Assembly (NCBI GenBank): GCA_963836565.1
Contig: CAWIKA010000005.1
Span: forward strand, 557,685-621,684
DNA: 64,000 bases
Reading direction: 5' to 3'
Origin: an uncultured Acidobacteriaceae bacterium
GTDB taxonomy: Bacteria > Acidobacteriota > Terriglobia > Terriglobales > Acidobacteriaceae
In this document: positions 41,194 to 49,957 of the stretch, piece by piece
How the letters are laid out: each line of letters begins with the position of its first letter
Numbering within the stretch: position 1 is the first letter of the stretch
Program-made: the position numbers and the translations under genes
The notes under the pieces: generated by a model
What the model was told of the DNA's origin: nothing
Databases searched by the model: none
The model's input: the letters and a program-made list of their open reading frames with translations, nothing else

Positions 41194-41412
41194 AAGGAGT
41201 GGCCCCGCGGCACCGGCGAGATCAACCGAAAGTTTGGTGGAGACACTCCGCTGATTCGTACAGGCAAACGCGCTCATTGACGAGGGCGCACGTGACTGGA
41301 ATCAGCTTCTGGACGGCAATCGCTGCGCTTCTGCACCCGACCGGCGCCCTCGTCGTTTCATCTATCTCCGCAGGTCACTGGAGCTTTGAGATTTACGCGC
41401 GCGGCTATGCGA

Positions 41413-41567
41413 TGACCACTGCTCAGGCACAACATAGGTCAGGCGCACGCCGGTTTGACCTCTGGTGCAAACGACCAGAGATCAATAATCGGTCACGGCC
41501 TCCTGCGAACCAGTTTCGATTCCTATCGACTCGTCCGAGAGTGAGTTGGCGGAGATAAGCGGCCAAT
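41413..41567 (+). repeat. Left-end repeat copy L2, including the terminal inverted repeat ATAAGCGGCCAAT (41555-41567)
   Basis: Direct repeat of L1; TGGCGGA core at 41547-41553. Confidence 0.92.
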
Positions 41568-41619
41568 AAGCTGGGCCACGTGATCGTGGGTTGCAGTAAG
41601 AAGTTATATTTTCTTTCAG

Positions 41620-42237
41620 TTGGATTTTCTTCAGGAGGCGGAGCCCCGCTTCCTGCCAAGCATCTTGGCGGATCGCAGCGGGAAGCGGGACCCGTGTGAG
41701 GTAACGATCCTCTTTGTCCCAGTGTCGGTCCCGCTGGAGCGGCTTGCTGCCGGCTGGGCCGAAGACTCGGACGAGAGTATTTTACGCCGATGCCCGGTTT
41801 GCGAACAGGATTCGATTGTTGGCCATGGGCGACGGCGCAAGCAGGCGCACGACGAGCATCACGATTGGATCGGGATTCGCCGGGGCCGCTGTATCCGATG
41901 CGGAAAGACATTCACGTTTCTGCCGGTGTTCTCTCTGCCCTATACGCATTACAGCCTGCTGGCGCGCTGCCAGGCATTGCTGCGTCGCTTTGTGGAGCAC
42001 TGTTCGTGGGAGAAGGCAGCGCCGAAGTTGAAGGATCCTGACCGCGTACCCGATTCTTCCACTGTGCGCCGCTGGTCGCAAGGTGTGGACGAGTCACAGC
42101 CGGCCCTGTCTTTTCTGCGCAAGGTGGCTGCGCGAGCGGCTAAGTGGCTGGAATCTGCTTACTCGGATCAGGACGAGGCAGCGTTCTTATCCTGGCTGAC
42201 TCCGGTTCTCGAAGTCATCTGCCCTATGCGCCGCTGA
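41620..42237 (+). CDS. Zn-ribbon protein (DUF6431-like) with C-terminal HTH-like segment
   Basis: CPVC...GHGRRRK...IRRGRCIRCGKTFTFLP...Y; VPDSSTVRRW. Start uncertain. Confidence 0.72.
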   Translation: MDFLQEAEPRFLPSILADRSGKRDPCEVTILFVPVSVPLERLAAGWAEDSDESILRRCPVCEQDSIVGHGRRRKQAHDEHHDWIGIRRGRCIRCGKTFTFLPVFSLPYTHYSLLARCQALLRRFVEHCSWEKAAPKLKDPDRVPDSSTVRRWSQGVDESQPALSFLRKVAARAAKWLESAYSDQDEAAFLSWLTPVLEVICPMRR

Positions 42238-42320
42238 GAAAAAATCCTTTTCCCCACCATCCTTGCCTGGGAACTCCAGCATGGTTCTCCTACGCTGGGC
42301 TCCGGAGGCGAAAAGGCGCT

Positions 42321-43310
42321 GTGGGTGAAGACGTCGAAAGACTAAAGCGGCGAACGCCGCTGCTGGAGTACCTGCGACAGCACGACTGGGCAGGGCGGCC
42401 CGCAGGCCGATTCGAGTATGTCGGACTCTGTCCACTACACAAGGAGAGTCAGCCGTCGTTCTATGTGAACGCGCGCAAAGATGTCTTCTACTGTCACGGC
42501 TGCGGACAGGGCGGCGATCTCATCCGCTTCGTCCAGTTATCGCGCGGCTTATCCTTCCGCCAGAGCGTGGCCAGCCTCGATCCGGAGATCGCTCCGCAAG
42601 CTGATTCCAACGCTGTGCTTGAGGATGCCGCGGCGTTCTATCAGCAGCAACTGGATCGCTGCTCCGAGGCGCTCGACTATCTCCACCGGCGCGGAGTGCA
42701 TGATCCGGCACTGTTCCGGGAACTCGGCATCGGCTACGCACCAGGTGGAACCCTGCGCCGATATCTGACCGCGCAAGGCTATTCGTTCGATGTGTTGCAA
42801 AGGCTCGGCCTCATCGACGCTCGTGGCGCGGATGCTCTCTATCAGCGCATCGTGTTTCCGTTGCAGCAGAGCGAGCACATCGTCAACCTCTACGGCCGCA
42901 GCATCGGTTCTGCGTTCGCCCATCGCTTCCTGCCCGGGAGCAAGGGCGGCCTGTATGCATGGGAGAAGGTTCGCAACTGCTCCGAGGTGGTTCTGGTCGA
43001 AGGGCTGTTCGACTATGCCGCCCTGCGGCAGGCTGGGTTCCATAACGTGACCTGCTCGCTGGGTACACAGCTCAACCAAGACCAGTTCCGCCAGTTGTGC
43101 GAAGGCCAACGCACCGTCTATCTCACCTTCGATGTCGATCGGAACCAGAGCGGCCAGCAAGCTGCAGAGCAACTGGCTCAGCGTCTTGTCATGCAAGGTA
43201 TCTCGGCACGTCGCGTTCTCCTGCCTGATGGTCATGATCCTAACTCCTTCTTCGTTGAAGGAGGAGACGCACCTCAGTTCCAGTCTCTGCTGGAGGCTGC
43301 GCAGCCATGA
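42321..43310 (+). CDS. DnaG-like primase (CHC2 Zn finger + Toprim, no helicase-binding domain)
   Basis: GLCPLHKESQPSFYV, FYCHGCGQGGDLIRFV, RIVFP, LYGR, VVLVEGLFD, YLTFDVD; GTG 42321 after GGAGG. Confidence 0.92.
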   Translation: MGEDVERLKRRTPLLEYLRQHDWAGRPAGRFEYVGLCPLHKESQPSFYVNARKDVFYCHGCGQGGDLIRFVQLSRGLSFRQSVASLDPEIAPQADSNAVLEDAAAFYQQQLDRCSEALDYLHRRGVHDPALFRELGIGYAPGGTLRRYLTAQGYSFDVLQRLGLIDARGADALYQRIVFPLQQSEHIVNLYGRSIGSAFAHRFLPGSKGGLYAWEKVRNCSEVVLVEGLFDYAALRQAGFHNVTCSLGTQLNQDQFRQLCEGQRTVYLTFDVDRNQSGQQAAEQLAQRLVMQGISARRVLLPDGHDPNSFFVEGGDAPQFQSLLEAAQP

Positions 43311-44350
43311 AGTTCCACGTGATCTCGAAAAAGACCTCTACGGGCGCGCATAGTCCGATTCAGGTGGTGCAGCAATCCACCGGCAAGGGCGTTGCGTGGA
43401 TTAATCGGTACCTCGACCGCGAGTACGTCCGCCGCCTCGCAGACAAGTCCCTCTACAGCTACGCGCACAGCCTGTTGCACTTCGTACGCTGGTGGGAGAG
43501 TGTCCATCACACTGGTGAAATCTCTGCTGCTGACCTTACCGAGTCGACTCTGTTCGATTACGTACGCTTCCAATCGAGCCTCCGACCTCCGCCTTCTGCC
43601 TCCACCATCAACGACCGCACCGCCACTGCCGATCGCGCTATCCGTAATCAGTTCCCCGATGCTCCATGTCAGGTCGCGCACGGCTTCCATCAGCCCTTCC
43701 TGCACCGCAGGCCGATGGGCCTGGGACGGCCCAGGTTCGAGCTGAGCAGACTCAGAGTGCGGGAACCCAGGCTCAACGTCGTTCCTCTCTCGGTCGATGA
43801 AGTGGCGCGCTTCTGGTCCAGTTTTCGAAACGCTCGCGACCTGGCCATCGTCGGCCTGATGCTGATGCAGGGGCTCCGCTCCGCCGAAGTGATGGCCTTG
43901 AACCGTGACGATGTGCTGCTCTCCGAAGGGCAGCTTCGGGTGCGCGGCAAGGGGAACAAGCTACGCTTGCTGCCCCTGGCGCCGGAAACCACGCAACTGC
44001 TCGATCACTATCTCCGCGTCGAGCGCCCCGATCCCTGTTCGGCGGCACTGTTCGTGGTCTTGAAAGGGTCCGCTCGCGGCCAACGCATGACACCGGCGGG
44101 ATTACGCTCCCTGTTCCGTCATCATCGCCGCACCTCCGGCGTTCAACTAGCCAATCCCCACCGGTTCAGACATACCTTCGCCTCGGACATGGTGCGCGCC
44201 GGCATCAGCCTGCCCGCGCTGATGCAGTTGATGGGTCATGCCGACATCGAGACCACCATGCACTACGTGAAGGTCTCACCGCAGGATGTCTATCTCCAGT
44301 ACGCCCGCGCGGCGGCGCAATGTATCCATCCGCAACCGAGGATCTCCTGA
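43307..44350 (+). CDS. Tyrosine recombinase 1
   Basis: GLRSAE, VRGKGNK, PHRFRHTFA, LMGHADIETTMHY; ATGA overlap with the primase stop. Confidence 0.96.
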   Translation: MKFHVISKKTSTGAHSPIQVVQQSTGKGVAWINRYLDREYVRRLADKSLYSYAHSLLHFVRWWESVHHTGEISAADLTESTLFDYVRFQSSLRPPPSASTINDRTATADRAIRNQFPDAPCQVAHGFHQPFLHRRPMGLGRPRFELSRLRVREPRLNVVPLSVDEVARFWSSFRNARDLAIVGLMLMQGLRSAEVMALNRDDVLLSEGQLRVRGKGNKLRLLPLAPETTQLLDHYLRVERPDPCSAALFVVLKGSARGQRMTPAGLRSLFRHHRRTSGVQLANPHRFRHTFASDMVRAGISLPALMQLMGHADIETTMHYVKVSPQDVYLQYARAAAQCIHPQPRIS

Positions 44351-45486
44351 TGCGCTGGCGCCGTCCTCCACTTCAGCATCCCCTGGCACTGGCCTTCGCG
44401 CACGCGGTCGAGTCTCTGTGCACCGCACTCACTCCTTCCAGCAAACGCAATTACGACATCGCGGTGCGCAGCTTCCTCGTTTATCTGGGCGCAGAATATC
44501 CGAAGATTACTCGTCTCGAACAACTGCGCCGCGATCCTCATATCCTCGGATGGATGGCGCACCTGCGCGCCCAGAATCCGCCTCTGGCCACGGCAACCTG
44601 CATCGGACGGCTCTTCGCGCTGCGCACTATCTTCCATGAGCTCGCTCGCACCAGCCATCTCGCTGAACTGGCCCACTTGCTGCTGCGCGAGGATATCCCG
44701 CGCTCGCCCCATACTCTGCCACGACCGCTTACCCCCGAGCAGGATCAAATCCTCCAGCAGGAGTTCATGCGCCGCAACGATCTCGGCGGAAATGTCTTCC
44801 TCCTGCTCCGCTCGACCGGCATGCGTATCGGCGAGTGCGTCGATCTCTCCTACGACTGTCTGCGCTCCACGGGGCCGAACCAATGGGCCATCCATGTTCC
44901 CCTCGGCAAACTCAAGACCGAGCGCATGGTCCCGGTCGATATCTTCGGCCGCGATCTCGTGCACCGCCTGCGCTTCTTCCGCTCTCTCGACCCTCTGCCT
45001 GCGGATGGTCGCCTACTGGCGCGGCCCGGAAGCAAAATAGCTATCCTGGTTCAGCTCCGCGATTACCTGCATCAGGTCTGCCACTCCCTCGGACTCTCTA
45101 CTCGCATCGTCCCCCATCAGTTCAGACACACTTACGCCACGGAGATGCTTCGCTCCGGGGTCAGCTTCCCCGTCCTGATGAAATTACTCGGCCACGTCGA
45201 TCCGGCCATGACCATGCGTTACGTCGATGTCGCCCTCACCGATCTCGAACGCGAGTTCCAGTTGGCTCGTTCCAAACCCAGGCATCTGGCTCCACAACCC
45301 AAAACTTCGACCGCACCCGCAAGGGCAGGCCTCGACGGCCTCATCGATGCCTTAGTCGCCGCTCAACACCTTATGGAGATGTTCCGTCGATCGCTCACAA
45401 ACGGCAGCGCTCGCAATCGGCTCCTCCGGCTCTCCAAACGCCTCATCAAAATCCTGACCGAGATAAGAAAACTCCACACCACCTGA
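44350..45486 (+). CDS. Tyrosine recombinase 2 with C-terminal helical extension
   Basis: TGMRIGE, LGKLKTER, PHQFRHTYA, LLGHVDPAMTMRY; TGATG overlap with recombinase 1. Confidence 0.96.
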   Translation: MRWRRPPLQHPLALAFAHAVESLCTALTPSSKRNYDIAVRSFLVYLGAEYPKITRLEQLRRDPHILGWMAHLRAQNPPLATATCIGRLFALRTIFHELARTSHLAELAHLLLREDIPRSPHTLPRPLTPEQDQILQQEFMRRNDLGGNVFLLLRSTGMRIGECVDLSYDCLRSTGPNQWAIHVPLGKLKTERMVPVDIFGRDLVHRLRFFRSLDPLPADGRLLARPGSKIAILVQLRDYLHQVCHSLGLSTRIVPHQFRHTYATEMLRSGVSFPVLMKLLGHVDPAMTMRYVDVALTDLEREFQLARSKPRHLAPQPKTSTAPARAGLDGLIDALVAAQHLMEMFRRSLTNGSARNRLLRLSKRLIKILTEIRKLHTT

Positions 45487-45521
45487 ATGAAAATGGGCAC
45501 CGATTGGCCGGTTATGGCGGA
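45473..45521 (+). repeat. Right-end copy R1
   Basis: tccacaccacctgaatgaaaatgggcaccg-ATTGGCCGGTTAT-ggcgga. Confidence 0.88.
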
Positions 45522-45652
45522 TTTGTCATCCGTCGAGCGAAATCTCATCAAAGCGAAACACACTTCTTAGTAGCGAGACGCACGGGGCGGATCTGCAACC
45601 TTTCTGGAAAACCGCCTTGTCAGGAAGCTTCGGACAACTCAGTCTGTGGAGA

Positions 45653-46048
45653 TCATTTGGAGTCGTACCTGACCTGCGACTTCCTAACCCGCTCCCAATT
45701 TGCCTTGGCCCAATCGACCAATCCTTGGGTGGGGCGAATCAGGCTCTTTCCAAGATCAGTAATTTCGTACTCCACGCGTGGCGGCACTTCGGGAAAGAGT
45801 TCGCGTATTACCAACCCGTCACGTTCGAGATTCTTGAGCGTCACCGATAGCATCCGCTGTGAGATTCCTGGAATCGCACGGTCGAGCTCGGAGAATCGCG
45901 CCCGTCCGCCGAGGAGATCGAGCGAAAGAATCAAGAATATACTCCACTTGTCGCCAATTTTCGTCAGCAGCTCCCTGACCGCCATCGGGTCTGAGCTTTT
46001 GCAAACTGCTGCGGGATCCAGGGGTTCAGTCCTGCGTTGCTTCTTCAT
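45653..46048 (-). CDS. HxlR-family winged-helix regulator
   Basis: KIGDKWSIFL, RFSELDRAIPGISQRMLSVTLKNLERDGLV, PPRVEYEIT. Confidence 0.94.
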   Translation of the reverse strand: MKKQRRTEPLDPAAVCKSSDPMAVRELLTKIGDKWSIFLILSLDLLGGRARFSELDRAIPGISQRMLSVTLKNLERDGLVIRELFPEVPPRVEYEITDLGKSLIRPTQGLVDWAKANWERVRKSQVRYDSK

Positions 46049-46157
46049 GGCTTACCTTGGTGTTAGCTACTACTCTCGAAGTGCCTTCTTGTTCGATAGT
46101 AGCTTACTATTTTATAGTCACTTCGTTGAACGCCATAAAGCGAGTGGAGAATTCAGA

Positions 46158-46583
46158 ATGCCTGCTTCGAAATATGCTGCCTATAAAGCCGCCGACCCTT
46201 ACTTCAATGTGGTTCGACAGGCGCTGGGTGACCGTGTCGATGGCGAACACTTCTTTGACATCGTTACCGACGACACCATTTACGAGGTTCTCTATGATCT
46301 GGGCTGGCCTCGCATCATTCGGGGACGAACCGACCTGATGAATGCGTTCAGGGGGTATGTCGACATCATCAAGCTGCGCTCCGCAGATAACCTGGTGGTC
46401 CACACAACGGACGCTGGTCATGTCATCGTCATTGAGTATGAGGTCCATGGGACTGTCCTCGCGACAGGCGGGAAATACGACAACCGATTTTGCTCCATCA
46501 TTCAGCTTGAGAATCGGAAAATCTCGCATTGGAGAGACTATATGGACTCTCACGCGGCCTGGAATGCATTGTCGCGGCACTGA
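46158..46583 (+). CDS. SnoaL/NTF2-family protein
   Basis: IRGRTDL, VIVIEYEVHG, KYDNRFCSII, KISHWRDYMD; divergent from HxlR. Confidence 0.88.
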   Translation: MPASKYAAYKAADPYFNVVRQALGDRVDGEHFFDIVTDDTIYEVLYDLGWPRIIRGRTDLMNAFRGYVDIIKLRSADNLVVHTTDAGHVIVIEYEVHGTVLATGGKYDNRFCSIIQLENRKISHWRDYMDSHAAWNALSRH

Positions 46584-46621
46584 TAACCACTCACGCCGCA
46601 TAATCACCGCAAGAATTCTGG

Positions 46622-46669
46622 TCCGCACCACCCGAATGGAAAACGGGTACCGATTGGGCGGCTATGACG
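46622..46669 (+). repeat. Diverged right-end copy R2
   Basis: tccgcaccacccgaatggaaaacgggtaccg-ATTGGGCGGCTAT-gacg aligns with R1. Confidence 0.8.
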
Positions 46670-46760
46670 ATTTGGCGTCAAGCAACAGTTTCTGACAGAA
46701 AGAGGCTAAAGGATTGAGCGGGAGCATGCCCTCCTGACGGATCACCCGTTTAGAAATATA

Positions 46761-46788
46761 GTTCATATTGAACGATTCACAATGAATC
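46761..46788. promoter_or_regulatory. Two adjacent TTCA-N3-TGAA palindromes, candidate MarR operator
   Basis: GTTCATATTGAAC and GATTCACAATGAATC immediately before ATG 46789. Confidence 0.65.
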
Positions 46789-47358
46789 ATGCGAAACGAT
46801 CATCTTAAAACTGCAAAGGCTGCCGAGACCATCGCTATGGCGGATCAGATAAGAGCTCTCTGCTCCGTCATCACAAAGTTCGCCCGTGCAGATCTCGAGT
46901 CGCACCTGAAGGTCCATGATTCCGGCATCAGTTCGATCGAGCATGGTGTCCTTCGTCACCTGTCTCACGGGATTACCTCGATGGCCGAGATCAGCCGACT
47001 GATGGGAGTCGCGCCTTCGACCCTGGTGTACGTGGTGGACGGTCTGACAAAGAAGAAGCTCGTGAAGCGCGGCAAGGACCCTAAGGATCGGCGCCGCGGG
47101 CCCCTGCAGCTCGAAAAGAAGGGGGCCGATTTGTTCGCCCGGTTCTCGAAGATGGATGCCGGCAGTTCGCTCGTGAGAAGCCTGGAGCGCATGCGGGAAC
47201 CCAGGCGAAGCGAATTGCTGGCTCTGCTGAATGAATTACTGAACGGTCTCAACGATTCAGAACGGCTTTACCTCCGTGCTGGATCTGAAGAGGTTGAAGG
47301 GCCAAAAGCAACTTCAGCGAATGGACAAGACGCATTAACGCGGAAGACGAGGAGATAA
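46789..47358 (+). CDS. MarR-family regulator
   Basis: SMAEISRLMGVAPSTLVYVVDGLTKKKLVKR..DPKDRR. Confidence 0.88.
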   Translation: MRNDHLKTAKAAETIAMADQIRALCSVITKFARADLESHLKVHDSGISSIEHGVLRHLSHGITSMAEISRLMGVAPSTLVYVVDGLTKKKLVKRGKDPKDRRRGPLQLEKKGADLFARFSKMDAGSSLVRSLERMREPRRSELLALLNELLNGLNDSERLYLRAGSEEVEGPKATSANGQDALTRKTRR

Positions 47359-47362
47359 AGCA

Positions 47363-47839
47363 ATGAACCGCGCTCAATGGGTGCTGATCACGACGTTCGC
47401 AGCCACCTTCTACGGTGTCGGCAACATCTGGATGACGCAGTTTGGCTGGTGGCTGTGGCCGTATGTCGCGCCCGCCGACTTTGGCGCATACCACAACGCC
47501 TGGTGGGCCATGATCAAGCCCGTCGTCTTCCCGGTCGCGGGCGTCGCTTTCTTCGGAGCTTTTGCTTTGATCTGGTGGCGACCGGCAGGAGTGACCTCTA
47601 TTCCTGTCTGGCTGAACGCGGGAATCCAGGTTCTGATCTACGCTCTCACGGCAGCTTTCTGGGGCCGCTGGCAAGCGCAAACCCATTTCGCTCGACTGCC
47701 GGACGGGGCACTCGACCCGATGTATCTACGCTCGATGAGCACCCACTGGATTCGCGCAACCCTGATTACCCTCAGCGGGTTCGTCGTGTTCTGGATGGTT
47801 GTTCAGGACCTGTCGAACAACCTGAAAAGAGTGCCGTAA
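47363..47839 (+). CDS. DUF1772/anthrone oxygenase-like membrane protein
   Basis: Four hydrophobic segments; FGAYHNAW, HWIR. Confidence 0.6.
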   Translation: MNRAQWVLITTFAATFYGVGNIWMTQFGWWLWPYVAPADFGAYHNAWWAMIKPVVFPVAGVAFFGAFALIWWRPAGVTSIPVWLNAGIQVLIYALTAAFWGRWQAQTHFARLPDGALDPMYLRSMSTHWIRATLITLSGFVVFWMVVQDLSNNLKRVP

Positions 47840-47937
47840 AAAGTTGTCGGGCGAAGTGAGCGCAATTGCGCCTGCGATCTTGAACATTGCGCAGCCCTTT
47901 CAGTTACGCTTCTTTTCGGCATTGTGGAGATCCGCTC

Positions 47938-48591
47938 ATGAGGAAGGCCTTGCTCGCGGTAACGATCGCGGTGTACCTGTCTGCGGCGGGCGCATCGGCG
48001 CAGACCCCGGGCCCGTCGGCAGTGTCTCCACTGCCTTTGCGCGACAAGTTTCAACTCTACTTTCGACAGACCTATTCCGTGCCCAGCGCGCTGGTTCCAG
48101 CCGCATTTGCCGCACTCGATCAAGCGGCAGACTCGCCGAAAGAGTGGGGTCAAAGCGGACAAGGCTACCTCAATCGCCTGGGAACACAACGTGGGCAGTT
48201 TCAAGTCGGCGCCTTTTGCACTTTCGCAATCGGCTCCGCGCTCCACGAAGATCCGCGCTTTCCCCCCTCTGGGAAACACGGACTGTGGCGTCGCACCGAG
48301 TATGTCGTGATGCACACCGTGGCTGCCCGCACCGACCGGGGAGGACGGGAGCCTGCATTCGGAAACTTCGCCGGGGCGCTGGGAGCCGGATTTTTCCCTG
48401 CCACGTGGTTGCCGCCGAGTGCAAACACCACGGCGGACTCGCTGAAACGCTCTGCCGCCATGCTTGGCATGGATATCGGAATCAATATGGGCATCGAATT
48501 CGGTCCCGATGATCGCCGATTCTTCCGTGAAAAGGTCCTGCCCTGGTTTCACCGGCGTCGACAGGGACCGGGCGCGGAGCAACTCCCATGA
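47938..48591 (+). CDS. Exported acidobacterial hypothetical protein
   Basis: Signal peptide; DSPKEWGQ, LHEDPRF, EPAFGNFAG; same family as 11571-12515. Confidence 0.75.
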   Translation: MRKALLAVTIAVYLSAAGASAQTPGPSAVSPLPLRDKFQLYFRQTYSVPSALVPAAFAALDQAADSPKEWGQSGQGYLNRLGTQRGQFQVGAFCTFAIGSALHEDPRFPPSGKHGLWRRTEYVVMHTVAARTDRGGREPAFGNFAGALGAGFFPATWLPPSANTTADSLKRSAAMLGMDIGINMGIEFGPDDRRFFREKVLPWFHRRRQGPGAEQLP

Positions 48592-49150
48592 AAGGAGCAT
48601 AGCCATCCTCCACTCGAACACACGCGCCATCGGCGCACTGGTTTTGGTGATGTTCTGTCTGGCGTCCGCTCGCGGCGAACCGGTTCAGCCACCTTTCAAG
48701 CCTGGCGACACTTTGCCGCCGCTTACCGGCAATACGGTCACTGGCAACCAGCTCAATCTCCCCTCGGCGGCTAACGACACCCAGGCTGTCCTTATCTTCT
48801 CCTTCAGCCGCGCCGGTGGACGCGATGCGCAGAACTGGGCCCAACGCCTATCGAAGGATGACCCGCATCTGCCCTTATACACGGCGATTTTTCTCGAGTC
48901 GGTTCCTCGCCTCTTTCGCTCAATGGCGATTTCCGGAATCCGAAGCGGAATGCCCCAGGCCATGCAGGACCGCACGCTGCTCCTTTATCAGCAACAGAGC
49001 TTCTGGGAGCAGAGATTGCACGTCACGGACGAAAGATACGCCTGCGTGATTGTGCTTGGTCCTGGCGGCCATATCCAATGGATCACGTCGGGGCCATTCG
49101 CTGACTCGCTCTATCTGGAACTCAGAAAGCAGATTCGAGCTTCAAATTGA
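48588..49150 (+). pseudogene. Thioredoxin-fold ATP10/YtfJ-like exported protein, apparent -1 frameshift just after the start
   Basis: ATGA overlap at 48588 reads ATG AAA GGA GCA TAG. Adding one A restores MKRSIAILH...GDTLPPLTG...LIFSFSR...SGIRSG. Confidence 0.6.
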
Positions 49151-49279
49151 TCGCCAACAGGCCTAGCGCTGGTCGAGACGAAGGGTATCCGAATGAGCGT
49201 TCGATTCGATACCCGGCAATTTGGCATCAACTGCGAGCTCCGCGCGATTTCAAGCGGGGCGCGGTTCCTGCCCAATGCG

Positions 49280-49948
49280 GCGACCGAAGCGCAGCGGCGC
49301 GTGTGGTTCGTAATCGACGAGCTGGCGAGTTTGCAGAAATTCCCGCAGCTTCACACTGCGATCGTGGAAGCGCGCAAGAGCCGGAACCCTGTCGTGCTGG
49401 GCTTCCAGGGCAAAGCCCAGCTTGAGTACCTGTATGAGCATCTGGCCGAGGTGATGCTGTCGCAGCCAGCAACAAGCGTCTGGCTCACGACCAAGGAGCC
49501 GAAGGCCGGCCAATGGGTCAGCGAGTTCATCGGCAAAGTCGAAGTGGAACGGCTGCGCGAGACGCATTTCGATGGCACGCGCTCAGGTAGAAATTTCGCT
49601 CTGGACAGGCAGGTTGAGCCGCTGGTGCTGGAGTCCGAAATCTCCGGCTTGGCCGATCTCCACGCGTACATGAAATTCCAGAATTTCGTGACTCGCTTTT
49701 CGTTCCCGTACTTCGATATGCAGGTCGTCGCCAATGGCTTTGAGCTGCGCGAGCGGCCCGACGACAAACTGCCGTATGATCCGAAACGGATGCGGGCTGC
49801 GGAGGCATCCCCTGCGGAACTGCGGCAGGCGCCGGAGCCCTCCGCCTCCGCACAGTCCGTTGGGATTGCGACGGTCGAACAAATCGAGCCCGCACCAGCC
49901 ATCGCTCCCGATGCCGACGACACACAGAATCTCATTTTGCGGGGGTAA
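49280..49948 (+). pseudogene. C-terminal fragment of type IV coupling protein (TrwB/VirD4-like)
   Basis: VWFVIDELASLQK (Walker B), VVLGFQGKAQL, EVERLRET, SEISGLADL; Walker A half missing. Left boundary approximate. Confidence 0.85.
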
Positions 49949-49957
49949 TGGAGTGCC

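Larger units (their letters stand above)
41555..45515 (+). mobile_element. 3,961-bp element: Zn-ribbon + DnaG-like primase + two tyrosine recombinases, 13-bp terminal inverted repeats
   Basis: ATAAGCGGCCAAT (41555) and ATTGGCCGGTTAT (45503-45515), 12/13 inverted; TGGCGGA repeated at both junctions (41547, 45515). Confidence 0.82.

Noticed and set aside
41555-45515. Classification as a RIT element, Tn554 or integron
   Set aside because: Only two recombinases, no TnpC-like gene, terminal IRs present and a primase included.
44835-46583. 582-aa ORF spanning recombinase 2, R1, HxlR (antisense) and SnoaL
   Set aside because: Shadow frame in GC-rich DNA that happens to join the SnoaL frame; it crosses an element boundary and its N-terminal part has no recognisable motifs.
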